From contig OZ024740.1 in NCBI GenBank assembly GCA_964016885.1, forward strand, positions 276,582,001-276,646,000: a stretch of 64,000 nucleotides of DNA, in the 5' to 3' direction. The DNA comes from Eledone cirrhosa. Lineage: Eukaryota. Positions 42,158 through 57,022 of this stretch are shown here, one piece after another; position 1 is the stretch's first letter, and each line of letters starts with the position of its first letter. A model generated the notes under the pieces. The model made no database searches and was not told the DNA's origin. It worked only from the letters and a program-made list of their open reading frames with translations. Made by a program: the position numbers and the translations under genes.

Positions 42158-42351
42158 CAGACCTGCCAACCTCTAAAAACCCAAACGCGGAGTACCATGA
42201 ACAAAAGAATAGCAAAACGGGAAGAACTGAGGCAAAATGGGGAGATTTTTACATAATGAAAGCTATACCCATTTTCACAAGAGAAGACAATTCTCACCTA
42301 CCCCACGTGGGTGGGAGATCTCCCCGTTCGACGGGAGAGTTGACAGGTCTA
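42158..42351. mobile_element. hAT-like MITE
   Basis: TIRs CAGACCTGCCAAC / GTTGACAGGTCTA; second copy at 43296-43475, extra right end at 42670-42697; no clear TSD. Confidence 0.6.
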
Positions 42352-43742
42352 GAGTAGGGTGATATAGGGTCTTACTTCAGAATACATTTGTGTAAGTGCT
42401 AGAAAGCATGTTCATGCTTATTAAATAAAAACACGGAATTAAGTGAAAGTAAAAATAATTGATTTTTGTCTTGAAATACTTTAATTCTTAAAATATTTTT
42501 AAAATTAGTCAAAACCGTAATGGTGTTATGTAAACTCACATTGGAAATGAAATCTTGTTTATAACATGTAAAACCCGATTACCCAGATGTAACCCACACA
42601 TCTAAATATTGTAACTGGCCAGGAGTATTATTGGAAACAATAAAACCGTGTCACCGTCGAGACATTAGGCGTCAGACGGGGAGAACTGACAGGTCTGGTT
42701 TCGGTTCTCTACACTCTGAATTCAAATCTCACCTAAGTTTTTCATCATTATAGGGTCGACTAAATAAAACTCCAGTTCAGGGTGGTGGACTGGGTGAATT
42801 GTTAGAGCATCGGATGAGATGCCTTGTGGTTCCTATTCCAGCTCTTTGCCATCCGAGTTGTTGCATGCTCGCGTGTGTGTAGAGAAGTAGAAATAATCTG
42901 TCGTTTGGTTTAACACTACCACATGTTCCATGGGTGTCTTTAGTGAATTTCAATCTGTTGCAGATATCCTGGCCAGGACTCTGGTTAGAGGATAGCGCCA
43001 TTCCTTCCTTTCATCCATTCTTCAAGGCTATGAAAAAAATAAATAAAAGGTTATAACGAATCTTCTTTCCTTCTTGACTAAGCGGTAAAATAAAACAAAA
43101 TTTAATTCTCACTAATTTCATTCTCAATAACCAATCTACTCCTGTATCATCATTTTCCCTGCATTTCCTTGCAATTTACTTATTGGTTCTTGCATTTCTT
43201 GCATCACTTACATCTATTAATCGCTATCAAAATATGTCTAAATACCCCCCCACACACACACAAAAGAAAACCCTTTGAACTTATTGAGAGAAAGGCAGAC
43301 CTACCAATCCCCAAAAACCCAAACGAGGAGTACCATGAAAAGAAGTGCCCCCAAACGAGGAGAAATGAAGCAAAAGTGGGATATTTTACATAATAAAAGC
43401 TGTAACAATTTTCACAAGAGAAAACATCTCTCACTCTCCCCAAAGTGAATGGGAGTTCTCCCCGTGAGACGGAAGATACCCTTCAGCCTCTGGCATATAG
43501 ATGTGCTGTTTCCTCCCAATGCCTCTTCAACCGTTGCTACAAAGGTTTCTGCTCCTCAGAGCTTACTAATCCCATGTCACCTCCACTCCCAAGTAGTCCT
43601 CCCTACCCACTTGTCTCCCACTTTTCTCTTTATCATCCATATTATCAGATTGTCAGCCCTGAGGGATTCTCTCGCTGTTCATGTTGTTTTCAAAATGTGT
43701 GGATTTGGATCAGATAAGGCGAAATAACGACGGCATTGATCT

Positions 43743-43867
43743 CTCTGCTTTCGAAGGGCCAATGAAGGACATGGAAAGAAAAACATATTTCTACGTGACT
43801 GTTCTCTGCTTTCGAAGGGCCAATGAAGGACATAGAAAGAAAAACATATTTCTACGTGACTGTTCTC
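43743..43867. repeat. 60-bp tandem duplication
   Basis: CTCTGCTTTCGAAGGGCCAATGAAGGACAT..AAAACATATTTCTACGTGACTGTTCTC present twice. Confidence 0.85.
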
Positions 43868-46280
43868 CCCAATCCTAATCCATTCTCATACTTCGCTCAA
43901 ATTTATGTCTTCCTACCATCGGCTGTTTTGATTCTGTCTGTTGAATCATAATACCTCCTCAAATTGTATCATTAATTCCATATTCGCACCCACACCATTA
44001 ACTACTCGTTTCAAAGAGTCACACTATGTGTGTAAGCCTCTTCATGCATCACTCACGTTCCATCTTATGCTCTTCCACTGTCCTCGGTTGTTGCTCATCA
44101 TAGTTCACTCATTATTTAGAACTTCTAAACCACGAACTGTTTGTGTTAGTTTTTCCACTTATTGCTCTCGATAAAGCTTCACTTCATCATTTAATCTCTT
44201 CTCTCATACACTACCTTCTTTCCTCCACTTTTGTTTTCTCTTTTCTTTATCCTTTAATTTTTTTTTTATATCCCGATTTCAGTCTAACAAACCCCTTTAC
44301 TTTAATTAGTTGTACTTCTCGCCAACTACAGCTTTATATAAACACTTACACCTTGTGTAACAGTCCCACTTCCAATAGTTTTTAACGACGCTAATTTTTT
44401 TTTTTTGTGAGTTTTATTGTATGATTAAAAATTGTGATTCATTATCTCTCTTTTTATCTCATCCATATGATTTTAAAAAATCAATGTTACTATTCTCAAT
44501 GAGATTAGACATGAAAAAGTTACACTGATATATGTTCTGGTTTACAATCAAAGCTGATTTATATCTCCAAACAGTGAAATAAATACCAGTGATCTACTGG
44601 TTTCAAAGCAGTCGAACATACATCACTATCAAAATAGGGAGCCATATAATGCCGATTATTGATCGGTAAGTGTCGACCAAATTGCGTTGTTTGTCGTTAC
44701 GACTATTTGCGTTCTGAGTTCAAATCCTGCTGAGGGGAATATTGTCTTTTACCCTTTCGGGGTTGATAAAATAAAGTTCTAGTCAAGTAGTGGTGATTCG
44801 ATTCATTCGACTCTCTCCGTTAATAAAATTAGACAAATTACTAACCTCGTTCCGAAATCAGAAAACATTAATATAATCGTAAATAAAAATTGTTGCCTCA
44901 AGAAGCATCGAGAAGAAGCGTGAGTGTATTTGAAATTCATAGGAATAATTTAGAACCTTGAACAAGAGATAGCTGTTAAAAGAGCTGAATGCCGTTATTG
45001 ACAGCATCATATAATATAATCATAATTCAACTAAAGCTATTGTGGATGTAGGTATTGCTAATTGGTTAAGGAGTCGGTTTCCCAAGATGCCACAAAATGA
45101 AATTGAATCCGGGACCCTCTGATGGCGAAGCGAACTTCTTAACCATACGGTAATGGCTGTCGACTCGTTATGGAATATAATTCTGATTGGCGCACCTCTT
45201 CCTCCTTTCATTCAAAGATGCAGTGCTTGTCCATTATGAGCTCTCAAGATGAGAGTTCGATTCCTCATGTCTGTCATTTTGGACAAATATTTTTTTTTAC
45301 CTTAGGTCGATCAAATCGATGTGTTAGTAAACGGAAACTATGTGGAAGCTCATCCATTGGGTTAACTACAAATAACTCAAAAGATAAATGTTGTCATATA
45401 CCTTGTGTGGAAAACAGAACCTTTTAAACCAAAGCTCAGCGTGCAGATAATCTAATTGATAAAACAACGACTCCAGTATATATTTCTATGTCTGGTACTT
45501 ATTTCATCTATTATATTTGTCGAGCTACTTATTAACAGGATTAAAACTTAAACTCTAACATCGGCTGTTAAGACATAAACGTGGACACTCACAAATATAT
45601 TTCACTCATAAGGGACTCTTCAACCTGAGGCTATAGTAGCAGTGGGTCTAAACTTGTGATTGCGAAGCAAATTTCGTAACTGCATGTGTGTGTGTGTATT
45701 TGTGTGTGTATGTGTGTGAGAGAGAGCGGTAAGAGCGTTCTATATCCGTAGCGTTATAGTGATATACGGCGTGTCCTGGGTATTTTAAACCTGCCAGAGC
45801 ACATCTCACCTCCAGTCTATATCAGTAGAAGAGCTATATAATTACTTATCGATACGACACAACAATATAGTGAAGACTTTTTATTGGCGATAATATATCA
45901 AATGTGCTTGGCGTTTTCTTCAGACATTAAAGGTAGGTTATCTAAAAAAAACACTGGTCCTAGCACGAAACAAGCTGTTATGTATGTATCTGTCTGTTTA
46001 CCTATCTATACATTCATCCCAGCATGGCTGATTGGATAAGGAGTTCGATTTTCGGCTAGTTGGTCTTAGATTCAGTCCTGCTGAGAGGAACTTTGGGCAA
46101 GTGTCTATTACAGCCTGGAGCTGACCAATTCCTTATATATATGCATATATAATGTATATATCGACATAGAATATATAAGAAACGCAGACGCAGAAAATAA
46201 CTGTAAACACAGTTGGTTGCTATAAATAATAGCTTTGAAAATCGTGTAAAATACCCCTGTGGACAGAAAAAGGGGCCAGC

Positions 46281-46353
46281 GGGCGTTACAAGGAATCGAA
46301 CAAAGTTTCTTTCGGATTCCAGCTGACTGCTATAACCATTTAGCTAAACGTCC
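46281..46353 (-). ncRNA. Degenerate tRNA-like Pol III unit
   Basis: GGACGTT/AACGCCC acceptor stem (6 of 7 pairs), perfect D-stem GCTA/TAGC, A-box TAGCTAAATGG, B-box GTTCGATTCC, TTTTT about 10 nt downstream; anticodon and T stems mismatched. Confidence 0.6.
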
Positions 46354-46525
46354 ATAGTCATCGTTCTCCGTCTTAGTTAGAAAGTTAAATCGAATTGAAA
46401 GGATCGAACTTTCAAAGTGCTGAGGGGTTATGAATTTCATAGAAATACGGTTTTAGGAAGCCGTAGCTATGTAAACACCGGGGCTAACGCCCTCTGGTGG
46501 TGTCCAGCAGAAGCAAGGGGGGACA

Positions 46526-46569
46526 ACCGTCTATGCATTTCAGGCTTGACTGGCCTTCGTCAGGACGGT
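46526..46569 (-). ncRNA. Canonical minimal type I hammerhead ribozyme
   Basis: accguc-CUGACGA-aggc-cagucaa-gccu-GAAA-ugc-AUA-gacggu; perfect 6-bp stem I, 4-bp stem II, palindromic AUGCAU stem III. Confidence 0.85.
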
Positions 46570-46717
46570 CCCTCCCACCGCTTGTACTGCTGGACTTGTA
46601 AACAGTCGAGAATATATAGTTTTCTCGTCTGTGTAAATTTCTATACATATTGTATAAAGTTATGCTTGAAGCGAAATCTTATTTCTCTTATATATATATA
46701 TACAACACACACACACA

Positions 46718-46764
<47 letters not shown>

Positions 46765-46769
46765 TAAAT

Positions 46770-46870
46770 AACAGATCTGTTTTTTAATAAATATTTGCTC
46801 TACGGTTCTTATATATTTGATATATATTTATCCTTATCGAGCCCTCTTTGGATTTTAGTCTTCAATTTTA
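46770..46870 (+). mobile_element. Family C tail in (TA)n
   Basis: Reverse complement of 59565-59663. Confidence 0.7.
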
Positions 46871-46877
46871 TTATTAT

Positions 46878-46929
<52 letters not shown>

Positions 46930-46931
<2 letters not shown>

Positions 46932-47024
46932 CGAAGGAAATGTGGTAAGGAACCAGGTGGACTAGGAGTACAGAATTAGCCGTCGAAACGGCTTGAGCTC
47001 AGCCGTCGGGGTCTTACTTGTTCC

Positions 47025-47057
<33 letters not shown>

Positions 47058-47256
47058 AAGTATAGAATGTTCCTCTGCCTCGTATATATCTATATCTATA
47101 TCTATATATAACAAAGAGGCTGTGGTAAGCTACCAGGTGGACCATAACGCACCAGAGTACTCAATACTTAGGGTAGTAGAGTGGGTAATAGGAAAAGAGT
47201 CCAAACTGTCGGATCTAGCTGTCGAAACGGCCGGAGCTCAGCCGTCGGCTCCTGAC
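46930..47256. mobile_element. Two family A inverted elements in (TA)n
   Basis: 46930-47024 and 47110-47256. Confidence 0.7.
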
Positions 47257-47285
47257 TACCCCCCCCCTCTCTCTCTATATATATC

Positions 47286-47316
<31 letters not shown>

Positions 47317-47749
47317 GCGTATGTGTGTGTGTGTGCGTGTATGTATGTGTATATACGCATGTATGTGTGTATGTATATATATATATATATGTATATATAT
47401 TTATAAGTGTGTGTGTAGTTGAGAGAAAGACAACGACAGTGGTACCACAGTAGTAAAAAAAGTATTATTAGCAAAGGAAAGCCGGCTAGAGAAGGGGGTG
47501 GTTCATAAAAAAGAGATATTGGAAAAAGAAACAAACACACACTCACAAACAGAAATGAGAAAGAGAGAGAGAGAGAGTAGAGAGGAGGCTAGAGAAATAG
47601 TTCTAGTCCTGTAGAAGTCACTTCTATATATAATAAAGATGTCTATATTTTACCAATGTATTGAGTACCTGTGATTACCCCTGGCACAACTCGAGAATCT
47701 ACACACACACACACACACAAACAAACAAACACTCTCTCTCACACACACT

Positions 47750-47795
<46 letters not shown>

Positions 47796-47892
47796 AGAGA
47801 GAGAGAGAGAGGGGGGGGGTCATTCAGCGGTAGAAAGTGAGTTTGTCATAGCGAGAATACAGAAGTTGTGAGATGGAGAGAGATAAAGATAG

Positions 47893-47929
<37 letters not shown>

Positions 47930-48589
47930 GGTATGTCTGAGAAGCAGAGTATGAAATAGAAGAAGAAAGAATCAGTGAGAAATGGATCTAGATAGAAAAG
48001 GGTGGAAAGAGTGCCAATATAGAGTGACAGTGATTTTCATTACTTTCTCTTCAACGATCTGACAAGACACAAGTTCATTCATTTATGCTCTACTTCACAC
48101 ACAACCATCAATGATGCCATATTGAAAAACGGTGCGTATGTATGTTTGTGCGCTTCTGCAGGGATGTTTTATCTGTGTTTATATAAACAAGTGATGTTTA
48201 TGTGTATATGTATATGTTTGTGTGGATGTGGCAATATAATTCAGAAATAAGACGATGATTCATTCTATTGCTACTCAGAGTTTTACGCATGCGTAGAGGT
48301 TCACGTACATTCATTCTAGCAAATTTTGGTAAATCAAACTATTGCCTGAATATGTGTATATGTAATTCTACGAATGTGTGCAACTCTGAGTTGTAATGGA
48401 GTCAATGATCAACTGATTCTTAATCAACAATATAAACTCTACAACACGTATCGGGTACATTTTCGTTTGTTTGTAAACAAATCCGCATGTAGGTTTTACA
48501 TGTTCGCATACATATTTGAGGCCACCTATTGCTATCTAAGACTTCGTCCCTAAGTGATCACAAATGGTTTACATTGGGATATATGTATA

Positions 48590-50120
<1,531 letters not shown>

Positions 50121-51049
50121 ACATACAAACAGACATTTATGTTTGTGTGTGTTTTCCTATCATCTTACTTTCTCGACGCTGATCTGTAAAAACAATAACA
50201 CAAATATATTAAACTAAAGACGCAGTAATCTCTCACTGAGACAAACAGCCATGATGAAATCTTGTCACTAGCTTTACTACTCCCACCCCAACCTTCGCAC
50301 CTAACATTCCTTCAATTAATTTCTTCTCTTTTTTCTTCTTCCTTATTTCTGTCGTTCTTCTAACTTTCATAATTTCTTCCTTGTTCTATTTTTCTTTCAT
50401 GTTTCTTGTGTTTTTTTTTTTGTTTTTTTTCTCGTTTACATTTTCCATTTTTATTTCTGAAGTTTTTCTTCCATCTATCTTTCTGAATTTTCTTCTTTCC
50501 CTATTTCCTTCCTTCTTTCTTTTTTCTTGTGATTTTTTTTTTGTTTTCTTTTTCATTCTTTGCGTCTTACTTTCTTCCCAACTTTCTTGTTTCATTTCCG
50601 GTTTTCTTCCTTTCTCTTTTCTTTGTTTCTTTCATTTTTTTTTGTTTCTTTCTTTTTTCGTTCTTCCCTTATATTTCTTTCTCTTTTCTTTCTTTCTTTA
50701 CCTTTTTCTTTCTTTTTCCTTTTCCTTTCTTTCTTTGTTTCTTTCTTTCCATATCTTTTTCCTTTTGTGTTAATACTCTATAAGATATTTGTATGAATAG
50801 TTATTTGTCGTAAGTATATACGTTTTTACAAGTGTGTGTATTGTGTGTTTGTGTGTGTGTGTGTACGTGTGTGTATCTCCGTATATATGTGTGTACGTAT
50901 GTGTCTCCAAATATATATGTTTGTGTGTCTCAAATATTTACACACAAACAGAAATGATTAAGCAAAAACTGATTTCAGTATTATGGTGTTGTATACATAA
51001 TGCACACAGAGAAACTTAACCCTCCTCTTTCTGATGTTCATGTATTTCC

Positions 51050-51069
<20 letters not shown>

Positions 51070-51080
<11 letters not shown>

Positions 51081-51311
51081 CAAGTCGGTCTGTGTGTGTG
51101 TGTGTCTGTCTGTGTACAAATACTAGGCTCCTTTTAACTTTTGAAGTACTAGGCCGATTTGGCACGTGCTATTGAGGCGACCTCTCATTGGCTAGCCAAT
51201 TAGCTGACATAAGCTGACATGCACTCAGAAATTGCTAGCTAAGCCATAAACGACCTTGAACAATTCAGGCTGTCATTCATTTCCCGAGCAACGCCGGGTA
51301 CATCTGCTAGT
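51070..51311 (+). mobile_element. Non-autonomous Helitron-like element
   Basis: 5' TATATAAAAG..GTCTGT microsatellite, 3' hairpin CCCGAGCAACGCCGGG and CTAG-T. Confidence 0.7.
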
Positions 51312-51381
51312 ATATATATATATATATACAAGGGCGGTGCCGTACCATGGCCTCAGCCGGATGGCTGAAAGAGGTAAAAGA

Positions 51382-51469
<88 letters not shown>

Positions 51470-51887
51470 GTGTGCGTGTGTGTGTTCAAAGTCCACAAAG
51501 AATAAACAACATAGGAGAAGAAAAAAGTACAATGATGATGTATATTAGTTTAAATTTTTATATAGTATTATTAGCGTTTCGGATGTTAGTCCTTCAACGG
51601 AAGATAGAATGAGTGATAGAAGAAAAAGATAGATGAGAGTAAAAAGAGGAAGAAACAACAACAACAAAAAAAAAAAGATACGAAAGGAAAGCATGCTTAT
51701 GTTTAGTCAATATTTGCATCACTACACATGCATGCATAAAACATATATACATGTACTCCCCCCCACACACACTTGTATATATATATATAGTGGTAGAACA
51801 CTGGAAGGTAATATCCGTAGTGGTAGAGCACTCAGTCCATGGGACGAGTTAGGTAGCAGTGGTTACACAACAGCTAGTTCACCATAC

Positions 51888-51925
51888 CAAGAACAACTGT
51901 TTCACCTTAGCGGATCCTCAGCTCG
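51888..51925 (-). ncRNA. Hammerhead motif, same family as 6170-6207
   Basis: cgag-CUGAGGA-uccgcuaaggu-GAAA-caguu-GUU-cuug. Confidence 0.55.
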
Positions 51926-51933
51926 TAATGGCA

Positions 51934-51972
<39 letters not shown>

Positions 51973-52554
51973 AATATCTATAAGTCGTTTGGAAGCCTCG
52001 ACAAAGCAAATGGGTAAATCTCCGGGTAACAAGGTCCGGTGGTGGAGAGAGAGATGTAAGTGGGTGTACGTTGAGATGCGTGGTGTGTATAAGATGTGTG
52101 AGATGTGTAGAATGAAGGGAAGAGTAAAAGGATAAAAATAATAATAACAACACGAGAGAGAGTTACCTTGGGAGAGATTTAATAGTCCCTATATATTTCG
52201 GATTCACATCCATCAACTGGGGTTTTTTTCCGGGGTGGGGGAAAAGGTTGTCTGTCGGACATATATATGTCGGACATATATATAAACAAATAGTAGAAAG
52301 GAAAAAGATTTTTTCATTAGAACATTTTGAAGAGATTCTTTCAGTATAATATCGAAACATTTATTTACAAAGTGGATATTTCTTTATTTAGTAATGGTAC
52401 CAGTTTCAGCATTATATGCTTTTTCAACTGCGGATATGCATAATGTAGATATGTTGCATATTTATACAAAAGAGGAAGACAAATTATTAGTTTTTACATA
52501 CATATTTAGAGAGGAAAGTTCATATCTCTGTCGGTTGTTCTCTGTCAGCCAACT

Positions 52555-52690
52555 AAGTTTATCCCTGGTTCAATCGGGCGTAACCACAGTAAGTAAGGTA
52601 CTCAATACAAGGCAGAGTATAAATATTTAATATAGAAATGGCCTCTACACGACTAGAACTGTTTCATTCGGGATAAATCATCGGGAAATA
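52555..52690 (-). mobile_element. Family F PLE-like end with decayed hammerhead
   Basis: GTAACCACAGTAAGTAAGGTACT..GACTAGAACTGTTTCATTCG shared with 63880-64000, 53415-53465 and 47598-47700 (+). Confidence 0.6.
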
Positions 52691-53098
52691 TATATATATA
52701 CGTGAAAACGTATATATATATATATATCTGTATTACCATGTATGACCACAACTATGGTGTGTGTATAACCTAAAATGCAAGTACCATATAAATACTCCCT
52801 AAATATTGACCAGTTGCCATTTCAGAGTAAGTGATGAAATGCAAAGAAAATGATATCCGTTTTCAACTATTTAATATTTTGAAAGAATCCCTAGATGTAA
52901 TCGTTGATACCATCAGTAATTTAATTGAAAACAGACAGTATCCATTCCAGTTTGATGAAAGATTTGGCGAAGTTGCTGTTATATTTGCTCCTCACTCTCT
53001 CTACCTCGCACACAGCCACACATATTTAAATCTTGTTGTTACAGAGAAGCAAAGATACAAGAGTCTAACCATGCTCTTTACTATCTTTTCCTCTCCCC

Positions 53099-53182
<84 letters not shown>

Positions 53183-53184
<2 letters not shown>

Positions 53185-53378
53185 AACAAGTAAGACCCCG
53201 ACGGCTGAGCTCAAGCCGTTTCGACGGCTAATTCTGGACTGAGTCCAGAATTAGCCGTCGAAACGGCTTGAGCTCAGCCGTCGGGGTCTTACTTGTTCGT
53301 ATTACCCACTCTACTACCCTAAGTATTGAGTACTTTGGTGCGTTATGGTCCACCTGGTTCCTTACCACATTTCCTTCG

Positions 53379-53380
<2 letters not shown>
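53183..53380. mobile_element. Family A element with perfect 57-bp palindrome
   Basis: 53184-53240 is the exact reverse complement of 53242-53298; tail to 53380; (TA)n on both sides. Confidence 0.85.
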
Positions 53381-53415
<35 letters not shown>

Positions 53416-53952
53416 AGTTTATCCCGGGCTCAACCGGGAGTAACCACAGTAAGGTACTCAATACATATTATGTCCTAGGTAATTGCTTTTCATCAGACGA
53501 GTTGATAAGATGGGTGACATTACTTCGTAATGAGAAATTTAGCTATTACTTTTAGCAAGTCGCGCGATCAATTAAAATCTTTGCCATTGGGTCGTTGCTC
53601 TTTGGGAAATCACAAGAGACCTATATAAAATGACATGGCTTCAACCAAAAATAGAAATTGCATCAAGGTGTTGAATACCTTTTATTTTGCGTCACATCCA
53701 TTCAATATAAATATTTATAAAAGATTTTACTCAAAACTTTTGCTTAAATTCAGCAGAATATGCTTGATAATAGTATTGGGAACATCAAAAGGAAAGGCAT
53801 TCGTTGTTGCGAACATCATTTGCCAGGAAAAAATCATCTATGCAAAATCAGAAATCAAGAGAATTTCCAATATGTATACGTTTAAAGTAAGTTCACTTTT
53901 GTATTTCTAATCATCGCAGCTTACGATATATAAAATGCTAGACACTGTCATT

Positions 53953-54068
53953 GAAATAATGATTTCTACTATAGGCACAAGGCCAGTAATTCGGGGGGAG
54001 GGGAAAGTCGATTAAATCGACCCAGTATGTTACTGGTGCTTTATTTTATCGACCCCATAAGGATGAAA
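53953..54068 (-). mobile_element. 5'-truncated Meta-like SINE with TSD
   Basis: TGTCATTGAAATAAT direct repeat flanks. Confidence 0.8.
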
Positions 54069-54800
54069 GATTGTCATTGAAATAATACTAAAAAGCAAAT
54101 ATCCACAATCAAAAAGAAAACAATTAAAAATACAAAACAATTATTACTGTGACACCTGTGCATTTATTTTGTAATTGGGACTTTGAAAAGGAAAACCTAT
54201 GCAAAACTTTTCTAAAGTCAGTAGTCACACCTTCTCTTCACGATGTCTAATTTTAAATGTAACCACTTGGTTGATAAGCTGGAGACAGACCGGTTTAGAG
54301 AATCAAAAAGAAAACGTTGTGTAATTAAATACCCACAAAAAAACAACCAAAATATCTGTTTGTAGTCTATTGCAAACCAGACATTTAAATAAATACTTTC
54401 TTCATTTGATTGGGCACTAACTCCAGCGTTTATTGACGGAAAAAGTGCATAATCAATTAATCAATACATTGAAGATACAACCCCTACCCACATCAAAATA
54501 TAGATAGATACACAAACTGACATACCTATCAGTTAGACAAAATAAGGGGAACCGAGCCAATAAGTGTTTAAGAGCTTCTTAGACTGAGATTGGAGATAAT
54601 GATAATTAACATTGATACGGTTGATAGTCAAATCTAACTTCATTTAAGTTGATGTTTTAGAGGAAAGACATAATGCGGGAAGGAATGAATATCATCCCAA
54701 ACTAAAGGATTTAGCTAAATGGTTCATTATCTATGCAAAAGCTAGAAAGTATTATAACAGTACAACTATCGTTTGCTCATGTATGCATGTGTGTATGTAT

Positions 54801-55185
54801 GTACAACCTGTCTCGTGGTCGGGTCGTCGGCGACTAAACTGGTAACCCCACTAAGCTCTCTTGGTGAGGAGGGTGATATTTTGACACCCTGCGAGATGAA
54901 ATGAAAGACCCGACAAAGGGCGGAGGAACTCAACAGAGTCAACGGCCATCCAAATTGTACTTTTTTTTCACCTGGGAGTGAAAGGCTCCAAGTTGTCACA
55001 ACACCTTTCTAGGTGAGGGAAACTCTGAAAAAAAAAAACCCCAAAAAAACCTGTGGGTTCGGAAGCATCCGATGATGTTGACCAGTTCTCCTTTTCGGGA
55101 AGTGTTTTCGATGCTCAGAGAGTGGGCTTGGTCGAGTGCAAGGCCTTTCCCCCACTTAAAAAAACTTTCAAAGCACAGGCATTGT
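54801..55185 (+). mobile_element. Family D element (diverged)
   Basis: GTACAACCTGTCTCGTGGTCGGGTCGTCGGCGACTAAACTGG start after ATGT repeats. Confidence 0.7.
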
Positions 55186-55859
55186 TTGTTTAGGTTCTGT
55201 TACAAGCGATTGCAATACTCTTAGCAGAGTTTGCAGCCTTCATGTATGTTTGTATGTATGCATGTATGTATGTATGCATGTATGTATTTATGTATGCATG
55301 TATGTATGTATGAGTGTGTTTATGTATGTATGTATGTTTGTGTTTAAGTATGTATGCATATATGTATGTATGACCAAAACGAAACAGGAATCGGTGGAAG
55401 TCAACCATCGAGGTGTTCATCCAACAGGAGGGAGAAGGCCCTGGTTTGTATTATGTTCGTATGTATGTATGTGTGTATGTATGTATGTATGTATGTATGT
55501 ATGTATGTATGTATGTATGTACGTTTGGTAAATATTATCTTGGTTAAGAGAGTGGGACTGGCTTTGTGCAGTGCCTTTGCTCACTATAAAAGCTTCACGG
55601 CACTGGCATTGCTTTATATCTGGAGATCTCTCTGCACTTGTCATCACATGGTACCATGGGCCCAGCACTATGTGTCAATAATTGTCACAAGTGTAGTGTT
55701 TGTACCAGAGTTTTCAAGTCGCTGGCTGGACTAAAAAGTCACACTCGTTCAGCGCATTGGTAGGGGTTCTCCTACATGGATATAAAGTAGTGGCCGTACT
55801 CGAAAACGAGTTGGCAGCCACCATGCATGTATGTATGTTTGTATGTATGAATGAATGTC

Positions 55860-56250
55860 TCTCTTTCTCTTAATTTCGAGTACATATTTGACCAGCCACC
55901 TTCCTGGTAGCATGGTAGCAAGGTTGTAAAAGAAAAGAAATTATCATCCCTTTAATCGCAAGAATGCTTTGCAAGTTTTGAAGGTGCCAGCTATCGCAGT
56001 CATTTGTAGTTTATGAATTAGGGAGCTGCGCTCTTTGTCCACAAATCTAAGTTCAGTCATACTTTGGTCCAAGCGGGTTGGTATATAACCTATAGCTCCA
56101 ATAATGATGGGTATGAAGCTGATGGTGTATCTTGGATACTGGATCTGCAAACTCTTCATCAATGACCCGTAGATGCCCTCCTTCTCTTGTATTTTTCTTA
56201 CAACGTTGACACAAGTGGGCAGCTGATCTTTACAACAGAGCACGTTTTCA
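55860..56250 (-). mobile_element. R4/Dong-like non-LTR retrotransposon 3' end (restriction-like endonuclease tail)
   Basis: N...K..EK...Y..L...LQ..YP.Y.I.FIPIIIGA.G.IP...LQ..AI.GT.K..K.F then stop; short 3' UTR ending in (TACA)n. Confidence 0.7.
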
Positions 56251-56483
56251 ATGTGTGGTCCCAAACAACAATATCATGTATGTATGTATATATGTACGTA
56301 TGTACGTATGTATGTATTTATGTATTCATATATGTATGTACCTATCTATGACCAAAACCAAACAGAAAACGGTGGAGGTCAATCAAGTGTTCCTCCAACA
56401 TGAGAGAGAACGCCCTACATTGTATGTATGTATGTATGTATGTATGTATGTATGTATGTATGTATGTATGTATGTATGTATGC

Positions 56484-57022
56484 ATAATGGGTCACTCTTG
56501 AGTGCTACTGGTAACATGTAACCCAGTACAACCTGTCGCATGGTTGGGTCGCCGGCGACTAAACCGGCAACCCAACCAAGTTTACTCAGTGAGGTGGGTG
56601 ATTTTAGACACCCTGCAGGACAAAAAACAAAACCTGACAGAGGGCGGAAAAACTCATAAGAGTCACCGGCCATCCAAAAGTGTATAAATATGTATATACA
56701 CATATACCGCGTGGTTAAACCACTGGGAGTGAAGGACCCCTAGCCTTTGTCAGGGCATTCTTCTAGGAGAAGGCAACTCAGGAAACTGGTATAACTCCGA
56801 AATAAAACCTGCGGCTCAGTAGTTACCGATGATGTTGATCTTTTCTTCTTTTCGGGTTATAGCTACTGTCGCTCAGAGAGTGGGATTGGCTCAGTGCACA
56901 GTCTTTCCTCACATTAAAAAATATCTTGACGCACAGGCATTGCACGATAGAATTAATTAATAATTATTAATAATGGTATATCGTGCAATCGCCATACTCG
57001 ATAACGAGGGCGCAGACATCAT
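56484..57022 (+). mobile_element. Family D element, longest 5' end
   Basis: Inverted near-identical partner of 29995-30480. Confidence 0.75.

Noticed and set aside
46281-46353. Functional tRNA gene (loop reads GGA)
   Set aside because: Anticodon and T stems have multiple mismatches; kept only as tRNA-like
53242-53335. Complete circularly permuted (type II) hammerhead in family A
   Set aside because: No CUGANGA follows the putative stem I downstream of GUC
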